NCBI GenBank assembly: GCA_047974765.1
Contig: JBKECP010000027.1
Span: 1 to 64,000, forward strand
DNA length: 64,000 bases
DNA from: Parahaliea sp.
GTDB lineage: Bacteria > Pseudomonadota > Gammaproteobacteria > Pseudomonadales > Halieaceae
Reading direction: 5' to 3'
In this document: piece after piece, positions 28,947 to 37,474 of the stretch
Position numbering within the stretch: position 1 is the first letter of the stretch
Layout of the letters: every line of letters begins with the position of its first letter
The notes under the pieces: model-generated
Told to the model about the DNA's origin: nothing
The model's database searches: none
The model's input: only the letters and a program-made list of their open reading frames with translations
Position numbers and translations under genes: made by a program

Positions 28947-29268
28947 GTTATCAAAACATTTGAATTAAAGCTGTTGTCGCCGGGTTTGCTATCAAACCGG
29001 CGCGAGCAAATAGTTTTTTGCCCAATTTTTCTTTCCAATATTTTCTGCCCGACATTACCACTGGCATAGCTTCAACCTGAATTTCGCAGTCGAGCGCTTG
29101 TTTTCTTCTTGAAAGCCGTATAGATACTGATCTTTGATCGCACTCACCTTCCGGGTGAAAACGCTACGCACCCACTGGTATTGCACTCGGCGCACCAGGC
29201 AGCGTTCTCCGCCTTGCCTGGCACACCGATTACAGCACATTGGACATGTCCAACTGCGGATTCCAGGT

Positions 29269-30183
29269 TCAGGCAAGTGCCGTATCCAGCATCATCATCA
29301 GTACAAAACCTATCATCAAACCTGTTGTTGCCAATGCCTCATGCCCCTTGCGGTGAGACTCTGGAATAATTTCATGGCTGATAACAAAGAGCATGGCGCC
29401 TGCGGCAAAACCAAGCCCCCAAGGTAGTAAAGCCGATGAATGGCTGGCAATGACGGCGCCGACGACAGCGGCAAGCGGTTCGATCAAACCGGTTGATACA
29501 CCGAGAATAACGGCAAAGCTGCGGTGATAACCGGCGGCAAATAATGAGGTGGCAACAACCAGCCCTTCCGGTACATCCTGAATAGCAACCCCAAGAGCCA
29601 GCGCATCGGCATGGGCCATGTTATCACCAGCATAGGCAACGCCAATGGCCAGGCCTTCTGGCAGATTGTGTAGGGCAATGGCAAAAACAAACAGCCAGGT
29701 ACGGCGCAACTGATGAATATTAAGACCTTCACAGCCCTTAATGAAGTGCTCGTGGGGCAGTAGGTGATCAGTTGCCAGCAGGCAGGCGCCACCGAGTAAA
29801 ATTGCCAAGCCCATTACTGCACTGGCGGCCCAGGTACCTCCTCCCCATATACCTGCAGACTGAGCTGCTTCAAGCCCTGGAACAATCAGTGAAAAAGCAC
29901 AGGCTGCAAGCATAACACCTGCACCAAAACCAAACAGGGTGTCCTGAATACGGACAGATAAGTGCTGTGACAACAAAACCGGGCTGGCGCCCAATGCCGT
30001 TGCCAGTGCGGCAACCAAGCCGCTTTGCAAAGCATCGGCAATCACCGAACGACTGTAAAACAAGGTCCAGACGGACAGGCCCAGCGCAACAGCAAACACT
30101 AATGCCAGTACGGCATACACCGACAGCCACTGACGCTGACTTCCATATCTATCTTCAATCACCAGTGGCCACGTTTTGTTCAC
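29269..30183 (-). CDS. ZIP-family divalent metal (zinc) transporter
   Basis: The C-terminal half has the ZIP signatures HNLPEGLAIG and HEIIPESHRKGHE across 8 transmembrane helices. Confidence 0.8.
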   Translation of the reverse strand: MNKTWPLVIEDRYGSQRQWLSVYAVLALVFAVALGLSVWTLFYSRSVIADALQSGLVAALATALGASPVLLSQHLSVRIQDTLFGFGAGVMLAACAFSLIVPGLEAAQSAGIWGGGTWAASAVMGLAILLGGACLLATDHLLPHEHFIKGCEGLNIHQLRRTWLFVFAIALHNLPEGLAIGVAYAGDNMAHADALALGVAIQDVPEGLVVATSLFAAGYHRSFAVILGVSTGLIEPLAAVVGAVIASHSSALLPWGLGFAAGAMLFVISHEIIPESHRKGHEALATTGLMIGFVLMMMLDTALA

Positions 30184-30346
30184 TATGCCCTCTATTTGCG
30201 TGTTAGTTTCAAATATAGTCAGGGGTTTTATGTGTCAGTAATCACTATCTGCCAAATCAGCGAAGCTGTATTACCTGACACCTTTGAGCAGACATATTTG
30301 TCATCTCGGAACAGCTTCTATCTGATTATCCACTTAAAACCAGTTA

Positions 30347-30805
30347 ATGCAAATAATTATCAATTGCACCCATAAAGACTGTTGCAGGCAGGGTGGTAAG
30401 CCATTCATTCCAGGTTGTTATCCTCTCCACGGCGTCTGGCGTAACACAACGCCGACAGTCAGATACAACAGAGTAAAAAAGCAGCAGCACATCACGCTTC
30501 ACCGCTGCTCCAGCATGCAAATGCTGATTCAGGAAAAGTGGACAGTTCTACTTGCCACCAACAGTGTAATGAATATGCTTAATAGTCCCAAACCCCGAGG
30601 CGTACTCACCGGTATAGATTTTATACTCGCAGATAACGATCCCGTAGACACCGTGAAAGTCACTGTACTGGTAGCACAGACCTGGTTCGGTGCAATCTGG
30701 TTGTCAGATGCACTCTCTGTGACCGTTCACGGATCGGGTGTTCGGTTTTACTCCTCCCCTTACAGCCAGAATGAGTCAGAGTTGGTATCATCTTTGTCGT
30801 TTTGA
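30347..30805 (+). CDS. Hypothetical protein; weak call inside a ~950-bp AT-rich gap
   Basis: This is the only ORF of 60 aa or more in 30184-31141. It has no recognisable domain and an atypical Cys-rich N-terminus. Confidence 0.15.
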   Translation: MQIIINCTHKDCCRQGGKPFIPGCYPLHGVWRNTTPTVRYNRVKKQQHITLHRCSSMQMLIQEKWTVLLATNSVMNMLNSPKPRGVLTGIDFILADNDPVDTVKVTVLVAQTWFGAIWLSDALSVTVHGSGVRFYSSPYSQNESELVSSLSF

Positions 30806-31141
30806 GAGGAGGGTTTGCTGGAATTACGGGAGGTCCTGGCGGTTTTCTTCTCTGAAAGATGGTAATGATGATATGTGCTGACAGAGGCTCTCAGGATGAT
30901 TGAGGAGAGCCAAAAAATCACAACGGCAAGAAGGAAAAATAAAGACCAAATCCTGTTAAGAACTTTTTCAATTATTCCTGGGACGAGTAGTTACCGTTGC
31001 AAAATGGATTGACCAAAAGTAATGAGAAGATTTTTGAAGTATCAGCCATTATTTCAGATTTGGAATACAACTATTGCAACAGTTGCAACTTCCGGCTTAC
31101 CCGACAGCTGGTACTGACAGGCACTATATTCAGTTTCAGTT

Positions 31142-31855
31142 TCAGTTTTCGTAAATGGCAGTGAATTGTTCTGAACCCATCAATAACTCATAACGATCCT
31201 GTAGCAGCTCGATATCGAGGATATAGATTTTGCCATAACGAACCTCAACTGTACCCTCTGCAACCAGATACTGAAGTTCTTTATTGATACTTTGACGGGA
31301 TGCACCCATCAGGCGACCAAGCTCTTCCTGGGAGATGCGCACAAAAAGCTTGCCCTGCTCATCGTGCATACCCTGACTGTGTGCCAGACGGTAGATGTTC
31401 AGCGCCAAACGCTGGTGCAGGTTAAGTCCTCGTACCTCAGTATGTGCGCTGTAAATCAAACGCACTCGCCGACACAGCATTTGCATCAGCTGTTGACTGA
31501 ATTCTGGAAATTGCCGATTACACTTTTCAAAGTCACGCTTGGTGAAAACGGCGATACTGCAATCGCAGGTGGCCACAGCATGGCTGATACGCGGCATGCC
31601 ATCGATCAGTCCCATCTCACCAAAACAATCACCAGGGCGAAATTCTCCGGCAATCACTTCTTTCCCGTCTATGGAGTAATTGCAGAGTTTGACACCGCCA
31701 CTGATTAAGCGGTAAAGCTCTTTGGGTATATCACCCTGTCGATAGACAGCCTCACCTTCCCGAACAGTGCGCAGGGTGCTACGACTCATAACAGCATCGC
31801 GGATAGGGCCAGGCAGCACGCCAATAAAGTCGTGCATATGAAGAATAGTCTGCAT
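31142..31855 (-). CDS. Crp/Fnr-family transcriptional regulator (cNMP-binding domain plus C-terminal HTH)
   Basis: ..GDCFGEMGLIDGMPRISHAVA.. is a cNMP-binding fold. ..ISQEELGRLMGASRQSINKELQYL.. is the HTH. Confidence 0.85.
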   Translation of the reverse strand: MQTILHMHDFIGVLPGPIRDAVMSRSTLRTVREGEAVYRQGDIPKELYRLISGGVKLCNYSIDGKEVIAGEFRPGDCFGEMGLIDGMPRISHAVATCDCSIAVFTKRDFEKCNRQFPEFSQQLMQMLCRRVRLIYSAHTEVRGLNLHQRLALNIYRLAHSQGMHDEQGKLFVRISQEELGRLMGASRQSINKELQYLVAEGTVEVRYGKIYILDIELLQDRYELLMGSEQFTAIYEN

Positions 31856-31938
31856 GGGTTTATAGGCTTATAAAATTTAAGTTATTGCTTTGTGGCAACA
31901 GTTGTGAAAACACAACACTGCCACAAATTTATACATAA

Positions 31939-33456
31939 TTAATTGGCAGCATCCGGCGCATTACTGAGTACTGAACCCATCAGGGATTCAATGCTGGGAT
32001 TAAAGCTCTTCTGACGCGGCGGGTAGTCCTGCAGAGACTTTACAAAAATACCTAGGCGCGGACCTACACGCCCTATCAGCCAGGAACGGTTTTCCTGCCA
32101 TTCATCAAAGCCCCGGGCTTCGTGAAAGCGCTCAAAGGGATCAAGCTTCAAATTAGTAATGACCGGTGTGGTCAAAAAGTTGCGAACACCGTTGAACCAC
32201 TTGTCCTGATCAGTAAACAGAAACTTCCAGTCGCCCCAGCGCATACCGTGCATGGTGGCTTCAGTAAAGTAGAAGAATTCCTCGCGCTTGCTGGCACCAC
32301 CAGCCAATAGCTCCATCTGGTCAACACCATCCAGGTGAACGCGGTAGCTGCGATCACCAATGGTTTTACCTTTGAGCAACTGCTCACGCAGGTCCTTCTG
32401 ACCCAGTGCAGACATAATGGTGGGCATCCAGTCTTCCATGGTCATGAATTCGCCCGTTGCCGTTCCAGCCTGGGTAACACCGGGCCATTTGACAATCATC
32501 GGCACGCGAAAGCCACCTTCATAACCGCCAACACCTTTTTCCCCCTTAAAAGGATGGTTACCGCCATCGGGCCAGCTATTGGAGGCAGCACCATTATCGG
32601 TAGAGAACATAACTACCGTATTATCGGCAACACCGAGTTCATCGAGCAGATCCAGCAGCACACCGACATCATCATCCAGCTCCATCATGCCGTCGGCATA
32701 AAGACCGTAGCCGCTTTTGTTCAGATATTCACCAGACAGATTAGTGCGATAATGCATCCGGGTCGTGTTGTGCCACACGAAAAAGGGTTTACCATCGGCA
32801 ACGGCCTTGCGAATAAACTTTACTGAGTGTCCAAGCACTTCTTCATCGAGTGTTTCCTGGCGTTTGCGGCCAAAACCACCAAGATCTTCAGGTTTGCGAT
32901 CAGACCAGGCGTGAATCACACCGCGTTCAGCAAAGGCCGGGTCAGGCATGTAGTCGTTCTGTTCAGGATATTCACCGGCATTCAGGTGATAGAGGATGCC
33001 AAAAAACTCATCGAAACCGTGATTGGTCGGCAGGTGTTCATCACGATCACCGAGATGATTTTTGCCAAACTGACCGGTGGCATAACCCAGTGGTTTGAGC
33101 ATTTCTGCAATGGTTGGGTCCTTCTCGGATATGCCCTGGGCAGCGCCAGGCAGGCCAACCGTGCTCAGGCCCGTGCGAATAGGGTATTGCCCCAACATGA
33201 AAGAGGCGCGCCCGGCCGTGCAGGAGGCATGGCCATAGTGGTCCATAAAAATTAGGCCTTCGCTGGCGATGCGATCAATATTGGGGGTTGAGCCACCCAT
33301 CATACCGCGGTGATAGGCACTGATATTCCACATTCCAATATCATCACCCCAGATCATCAGAAAATTGGGGTTCTCATTGGCGCTGGTGCTCAGTGAAAGC
33401 AGTGCGGCGGTAAAACCCAGGGTGAGCTGGGCAAGAAGGCGACGAAATGTCCTCAT
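31939..33456 (-). CDS. Sulfatase-family (arylsulfatase-like) hydrolase with an RR-containing signal peptide
   Basis: ..MDHYGHASCTAGRASFMLGQYPIRTG.. is the sulfatase active-site region, but the motif is C-T-A-G-R (CxAxR) where CxPxR is canonical. The N-terminus is MRTFRRLLAQLTLGFTAALLSLSTSA. Confidence 0.8.
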   Translation of the reverse strand: MRTFRRLLAQLTLGFTAALLSLSTSANENPNFLMIWGDDIGMWNISAYHRGMMGGSTPNIDRIASEGLIFMDHYGHASCTAGRASFMLGQYPIRTGLSTVGLPGAAQGISEKDPTIAEMLKPLGYATGQFGKNHLGDRDEHLPTNHGFDEFFGILYHLNAGEYPEQNDYMPDPAFAERGVIHAWSDRKPEDLGGFGRKRQETLDEEVLGHSVKFIRKAVADGKPFFVWHNTTRMHYRTNLSGEYLNKSGYGLYADGMMELDDDVGVLLDLLDELGVADNTVVMFSTDNGAASNSWPDGGNHPFKGEKGVGGYEGGFRVPMIVKWPGVTQAGTATGEFMTMEDWMPTIMSALGQKDLREQLLKGKTIGDRSYRVHLDGVDQMELLAGGASKREEFFYFTEATMHGMRWGDWKFLFTDQDKWFNGVRNFLTTPVITNLKLDPFERFHEARGFDEWQENRSWLIGRVGPRLGIFVKSLQDYPPRQKSFNPSIESLMGSVLSNAPDAAN

Positions 33457-33737
33457 AATTTATTTAACTCCTCGCAATATCAGGTATCCACTCATGCAGC
33501 AATGAATGGAGTTGGTGTAGATAATGCCATAAAGTACGACAAAGCGGCGGATTAACTTACTCCGGTTTGATCCTGCTGGCAGGTATTGCCCAAACGAGTG
33601 TTTGTTGAGGCCCGGCAAGTGTCATTGTAATGACAGTCCTGTACAAAGGGGCATGCCAGTCTGTCCAGCTCCTTTTATGGACCAGCAAGACTTACAACAA
33701 GATTCAGCCGTCACACTAACAACATTAAGAGGCTCCT

Positions 33738-34529
33738 ATGTTATCAACTGATATCCGTCAGGCAATTGCTACCGAGATTGTTCGCTGCTTTCGGGAGAAA
33801 TCGCAGATTCCCCTGCTAACAGCGAGCTACCCCGATATCGAAGTGACTGATGCTTACTATATTCAGGAATTGGTGGTTAATGCGCTGATCAAGAGTGGCA
33901 GAAAGGTGCGTGGCTATAAAATTGGCCTGACCTCAAAGCCTATGCAGGAACTGGCTGGCAGCAGTGAGCCTGATTATTCAGCCATGCTTGATGATATGTT
34001 TATTCCTGAAACAAGTGAACTGGCTCGCACTGACTGGCTTGATCCACTGGTTGAAATTGAGCTTGCCTTTGTTATGAAGGAGCCGCTGACTGGCCCTGGT
34101 ATCAATGTGGCGGATGTCATCAGGGCAACAGATTTTATTGTACCCGCCATTGAAATTGTTGATTTCAGAGTGGCGAGGGCTCCCGGTATGGATGTGCGCG
34201 ACACGATCGCCGATCTGGCCGCCGTTGGTGGCATTGTCCTGGGCGGCAATCCGGCAAAGTTGACAGATTTTGATGTTCGTGATGTTCAAGGCAGCCTGCT
34301 GATCAACGGTGAGGTTCGTGAACAGGGCAGTTCGGCAGCTGTGCTTGGCAATCCGCTGACGGCTGTTGCCTGGCTGGCCAACAAACTCTCTGACTTCGGT
34401 GTTACCTTCCAGCCAGGAGATGTGATTCTTTCCGGTTCCTTCCTGCGTGCCCTGCCCGTTTCTGCCGGTGATGAGATTGTGGCCCGCTTTGATAATGGCT
34501 TTGGCGATATCAGTCTCAGCTTCAACTAA
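33738..34529 (+). CDS. 2-keto-4-pentenoate / 2-oxohept-3-enedioate hydratase family (MhpD/HpaH-like)
   Basis: The 263-aa protein is colinear with the meta-pathway hydratases of the FAH fold (..GYKIGLTS..). Confidence 0.75.
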   Translation: MLSTDIRQAIATEIVRCFREKSQIPLLTASYPDIEVTDAYYIQELVVNALIKSGRKVRGYKIGLTSKPMQELAGSSEPDYSAMLDDMFIPETSELARTDWLDPLVEIELAFVMKEPLTGPGINVADVIRATDFIVPAIEIVDFRVARAPGMDVRDTIADLAAVGGIVLGGNPAKLTDFDVRDVQGSLLINGEVREQGSSAAVLGNPLTAVAWLANKLSDFGVTFQPGDVILSGSFLRALPVSAGDEIVARFDNGFGDISLSFN

Positions 34530-34560
34530 TAACACATGTAAATCTACGGAGAATAATGTG

Positions 34561-35349
34561 ATGAAAAATAAAGCATTGGCACAGTGGCGTAATGGAGAAA
34601 AATCACTGGGTGTCTGGGTTGGTTTATCAGACGTAACAATGACAGAAGTAATTTCCCGCTTAGGTGCCGACTGGATCTGCTTTGATATGCAACACGGGTT
34701 GATGGACTATACCCACCTGATACCACTGCTGCCAGCCATTGCCGGGCAGGATGTTACGCCAATTGCCCGGGTTGCCGCCAATCGGGAGGATTTAATAGGC
34801 AAAGCACTGGATGCCGGTATTCAGGGTGTCATCGTACCCATGGTCAATACTGCCGAAGAGGCCGCTGCCGCAGTCAGCGCCTGTTACTATCCCCCGGTCG
34901 GACTGCGTTCCTGTGGCCCTATGCGGCCAATACTGCTAAATGGCCCTGAGTATATGGCTCAGTCCAATGACGAAACGGCCTGTATTGTTATGATTGAAAC
35001 CGAAGAAGGCTTGCGCAATGCTGATGCCATTGCCGCTGTTGAAGGGCTTGATGCCATTTTCGTCGGTCCTGTTGACCTTTGTTATGGTCTGGGCATTACG
35101 CCGGGTGATTTTACAAACCCGCTGTTTACCGAGGCACTGAGTAAAGTCCTGGCCGTATGCCGGAAAAACAACCTGGCAGCCGGTATATTTGGTTATTCGC
35201 CAGAACTCGCCAGACAAGCTCTGGATCAGGGTTTTGATTTTGCTTCAGCAGGAACCGATCTTAGTTTTTACCGGGATGGTCTGACAAGAGGCATGACTAT
35301 TGCCAGAGGTGAAAACCCGGACCAAAACAAGGCCCAGGGCGGCTACTGA
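34561..35349 (+). CDS. HpcH/HpaI-family aldolase (2,4-dihydroxyhept-2-enedioate / 2-dehydro-3-deoxyglucarate aldolase-like)
   Basis: MKNKALAQWRNGEKSLGVWVGLSD...PMVNTAEEA... gives 262 aa from the ATG at 34561, after a GGAGA ribosome-binding site. Confidence 0.8.
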   Translation: MKNKALAQWRNGEKSLGVWVGLSDVTMTEVISRLGADWICFDMQHGLMDYTHLIPLLPAIAGQDVTPIARVAANREDLIGKALDAGIQGVIVPMVNTAEEAAAAVSACYYPPVGLRSCGPMRPILLNGPEYMAQSNDETACIVMIETEEGLRNADAIAAVEGLDAIFVGPVDLCYGLGITPGDFTNPLFTEALSKVLAVCRKNNLAAGIFGYSPELARQALDQGFDFASAGTDLSFYRDGLTRGMTIARGENPDQNKAQGGY

Positions 35350-35385
35350 GCCAATATCTGCGGTACATATCGGCCCACATCGGCC

Positions 35386-37308
35386 TCAGCTGATGTGGGC
35401 CTTGATTTTGAAGGTGGCATACATACCCAAACGTTTGGCCAGTGCCTGGCCATCACCGTTTTTGACGTGGTAACTGGCCACGATACCTTGTTTGGGATCC
35501 TGCTCTACCCGCACCTGTGACAGTGTGACACCGAGTGCTTCGGCCTCTTCTTTCACGATGGATTCCACTTCCAGCATAACCAGTGCCGGTTTAAAAATTT
35601 TGCCAATGGCCGTCATCGGCAACTGTTCGAGAATATAAATAGTGCGCACAATAGCTGCCCGCTCGGGAATATTTGCCTGGGCATGCGCAAGCAGTTCTTC
35701 AGTACTGGCGCTGCTGTTGTTGTGTAATTGTACATAGGCAACAGGAATTTCCCCCGCCCTGATGTCAGGCCGACCTACCGCAGCACTCAAACCCACAGCC
35801 GGATGTGTGGAAAAGGCTTCTTCAATGATATGGGGGTCAATATTGTGTCCTCCTCTGATAATCAGGTCTTTGCTGCGCCCCGTGAGCCAGAACCAGCCCT
35901 TATCATCCTGACGGGCCAGATCACCCGTGTTGAACCAGCGCTCTTTGCTGCCAGGCATGTCAATCCAGGCTGAGGCATTGTGACTTTCACTGAGATAACC
36001 GGCAAAGATATTGGGACCACTAAGGGCGATAATACCCGCTTCGTCAATACCGGCATGACGTACATAGCGGCCTTCTTCATCCAGAATCAGTGAGACCATC
36101 TGCTGCCAGGGAAGACGAATACCGACAGACCCCGGTATTGAATCACCCTCTGCAGGTGTCAGTGAAGCGACGCAGCAGCTCTCGGTCAGACCATAACCTT
36201 CAAGTACACGCATGCCAGTACGCCGCTCAAAAGTGTGAATCAGCTCAGCGGGCATTGGTGCTGCACCACAGATGGCATAGTCCAGACAGGACAGATCAAG
36301 CCCCTCCATCGGCGACTCCAGCAAACTGGCATAAACTGTCGGTACACCCGAGAATGACGCCACGCGGTGGTGGGCAACAATTTCCCAGAAGTGCCTGAAC
36401 AAACCCGCCGCACGGTAGCCAGCAGGTGGGCCAAGCACAACCTCACCGCCTGCACTGAACATGGCCAGACCAGTTCCCAGTTGCGCATTGACATGAAACA
36501 GAGGCAGGCAGGACAGCAGGGCTTTGCCCGGCTGATACAGCCTGCCCATAACGATATGCAACTGCATGGCGTTAGCCAGTTCATTCAAATGTATATGGCA
36601 GGCAATTTTGGGCAGACCTGTCGTACCACCGGTACAGAAATAGGACGCCATATCTGTGGCCTGTGGTGCCACAAAATCAAGGGCGTCGCCACGCTCTTTG
36701 GCCAGTTCACTGTGAAAATCCAGAACCGGTATACCAGCAAGTGAAACAGGCAGATCAGCTATGGCCTCACTGCGAGCACTGCCTGCAGGTGCATAGGGGA
36801 TATGGCGTTTTACATCAACCGCCAGAATACCGGCAACATTATGCTCGCCCGCAGTTAGTGCCTGCCCTACCCGCTGCCAGATTTCAGGGTCCGGGGTCGG
36901 CCCGGTAGTTATCAGCCAGCGAACATCGGCTGCCCGTAACAATTCACCCATTTGCTCACCTTCAAGCAGCGCATTGAGAGCAAATACAATACCGGCGGTT
37001 TCTCCACCCCAGATAGCCAGATGCGTTTCAGGCAGATTAGGCAGGACATAAGCTACGACTTCATTGCGCTTCAAACCCAGCCTTCGCAACAGGTTGGCTG
37101 TGCGGGTAATATCGGCCAGCAGCTCACGATAAGTCCAGCGAGCCGCACGGTTGTAATTTTCAGCCTGCAAAATAAAGGTCAGTGCTGCGGCATCAGGATT
37201 GATCGCAGCACCTTTGGCGATCAGCTCATAACTGTTGCTGATACCTTTGAGGGAAAATGAACCACCTTGCTCAACAGCTTCAATATCTTCAAGCGTGCGG
37301 ATTGGCAT
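35386..37308 (-). CDS. AMP-forming acyl-CoA synthetase/ligase family protein with a C-terminal extension
   Basis: AMP-binding motifs are present (..YFCTGGTTGLPK.., ..GYGLTES.., ..WFNTGDLAR..), and the 640-aa protein has about 100 extra C-terminal residues. Confidence 0.8.
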   Translation of the reverse strand: MPIRTLEDIEAVEQGGSFSLKGISNSYELIAKGAAINPDAAALTFILQAENYNRAARWTYRELLADITRTANLLRRLGLKRNEVVAYVLPNLPETHLAIWGGETAGIVFALNALLEGEQMGELLRAADVRWLITTGPTPDPEIWQRVGQALTAGEHNVAGILAVDVKRHIPYAPAGSARSEAIADLPVSLAGIPVLDFHSELAKERGDALDFVAPQATDMASYFCTGGTTGLPKIACHIHLNELANAMQLHIVMGRLYQPGKALLSCLPLFHVNAQLGTGLAMFSAGGEVVLGPPAGYRAAGLFRHFWEIVAHHRVASFSGVPTVYASLLESPMEGLDLSCLDYAICGAAPMPAELIHTFERRTGMRVLEGYGLTESCCVASLTPAEGDSIPGSVGIRLPWQQMVSLILDEEGRYVRHAGIDEAGIIALSGPNIFAGYLSESHNASAWIDMPGSKERWFNTGDLARQDDKGWFWLTGRSKDLIIRGGHNIDPHIIEEAFSTHPAVGLSAAVGRPDIRAGEIPVAYVQLHNNSSASTEELLAHAQANIPERAAIVRTIYILEQLPMTAIGKIFKPALVMLEVESIVKEEAEALGVTLSQVRVEQDPKQGIVASYHVKNGDGQALAKRLGMYATFKIKAHIS

Positions 37309-37335
37309 AGTAGCGCTCTCACAGTTTGTTATTAA

Positions 37336-37377
37336 CCTGAAAATCAGCGGAATTTGTGAAATCCCTTGATTTTCAGG
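37336..37377. repeat. REP/MITE-like nested-palindrome intergenic repeat, copy 1
   Basis: CCTGAAAATCAGCGGAATTTGTGAAATCCCTTGATTTTCAGG. Near-identical copies lie at 56990-57033 (opposite orientation) and 47361-47416 (divergent). Confidence 0.6.
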
Positions 37378-37474
37378 TACCTGCTAAAAATTCCTGGGCT
37401 GTTTGTTTATAGCTTATAGAGATTCATCAATCTGATGCGCCACCTGCAGTCAGGTGGCGTCATTGGCTGATGGT

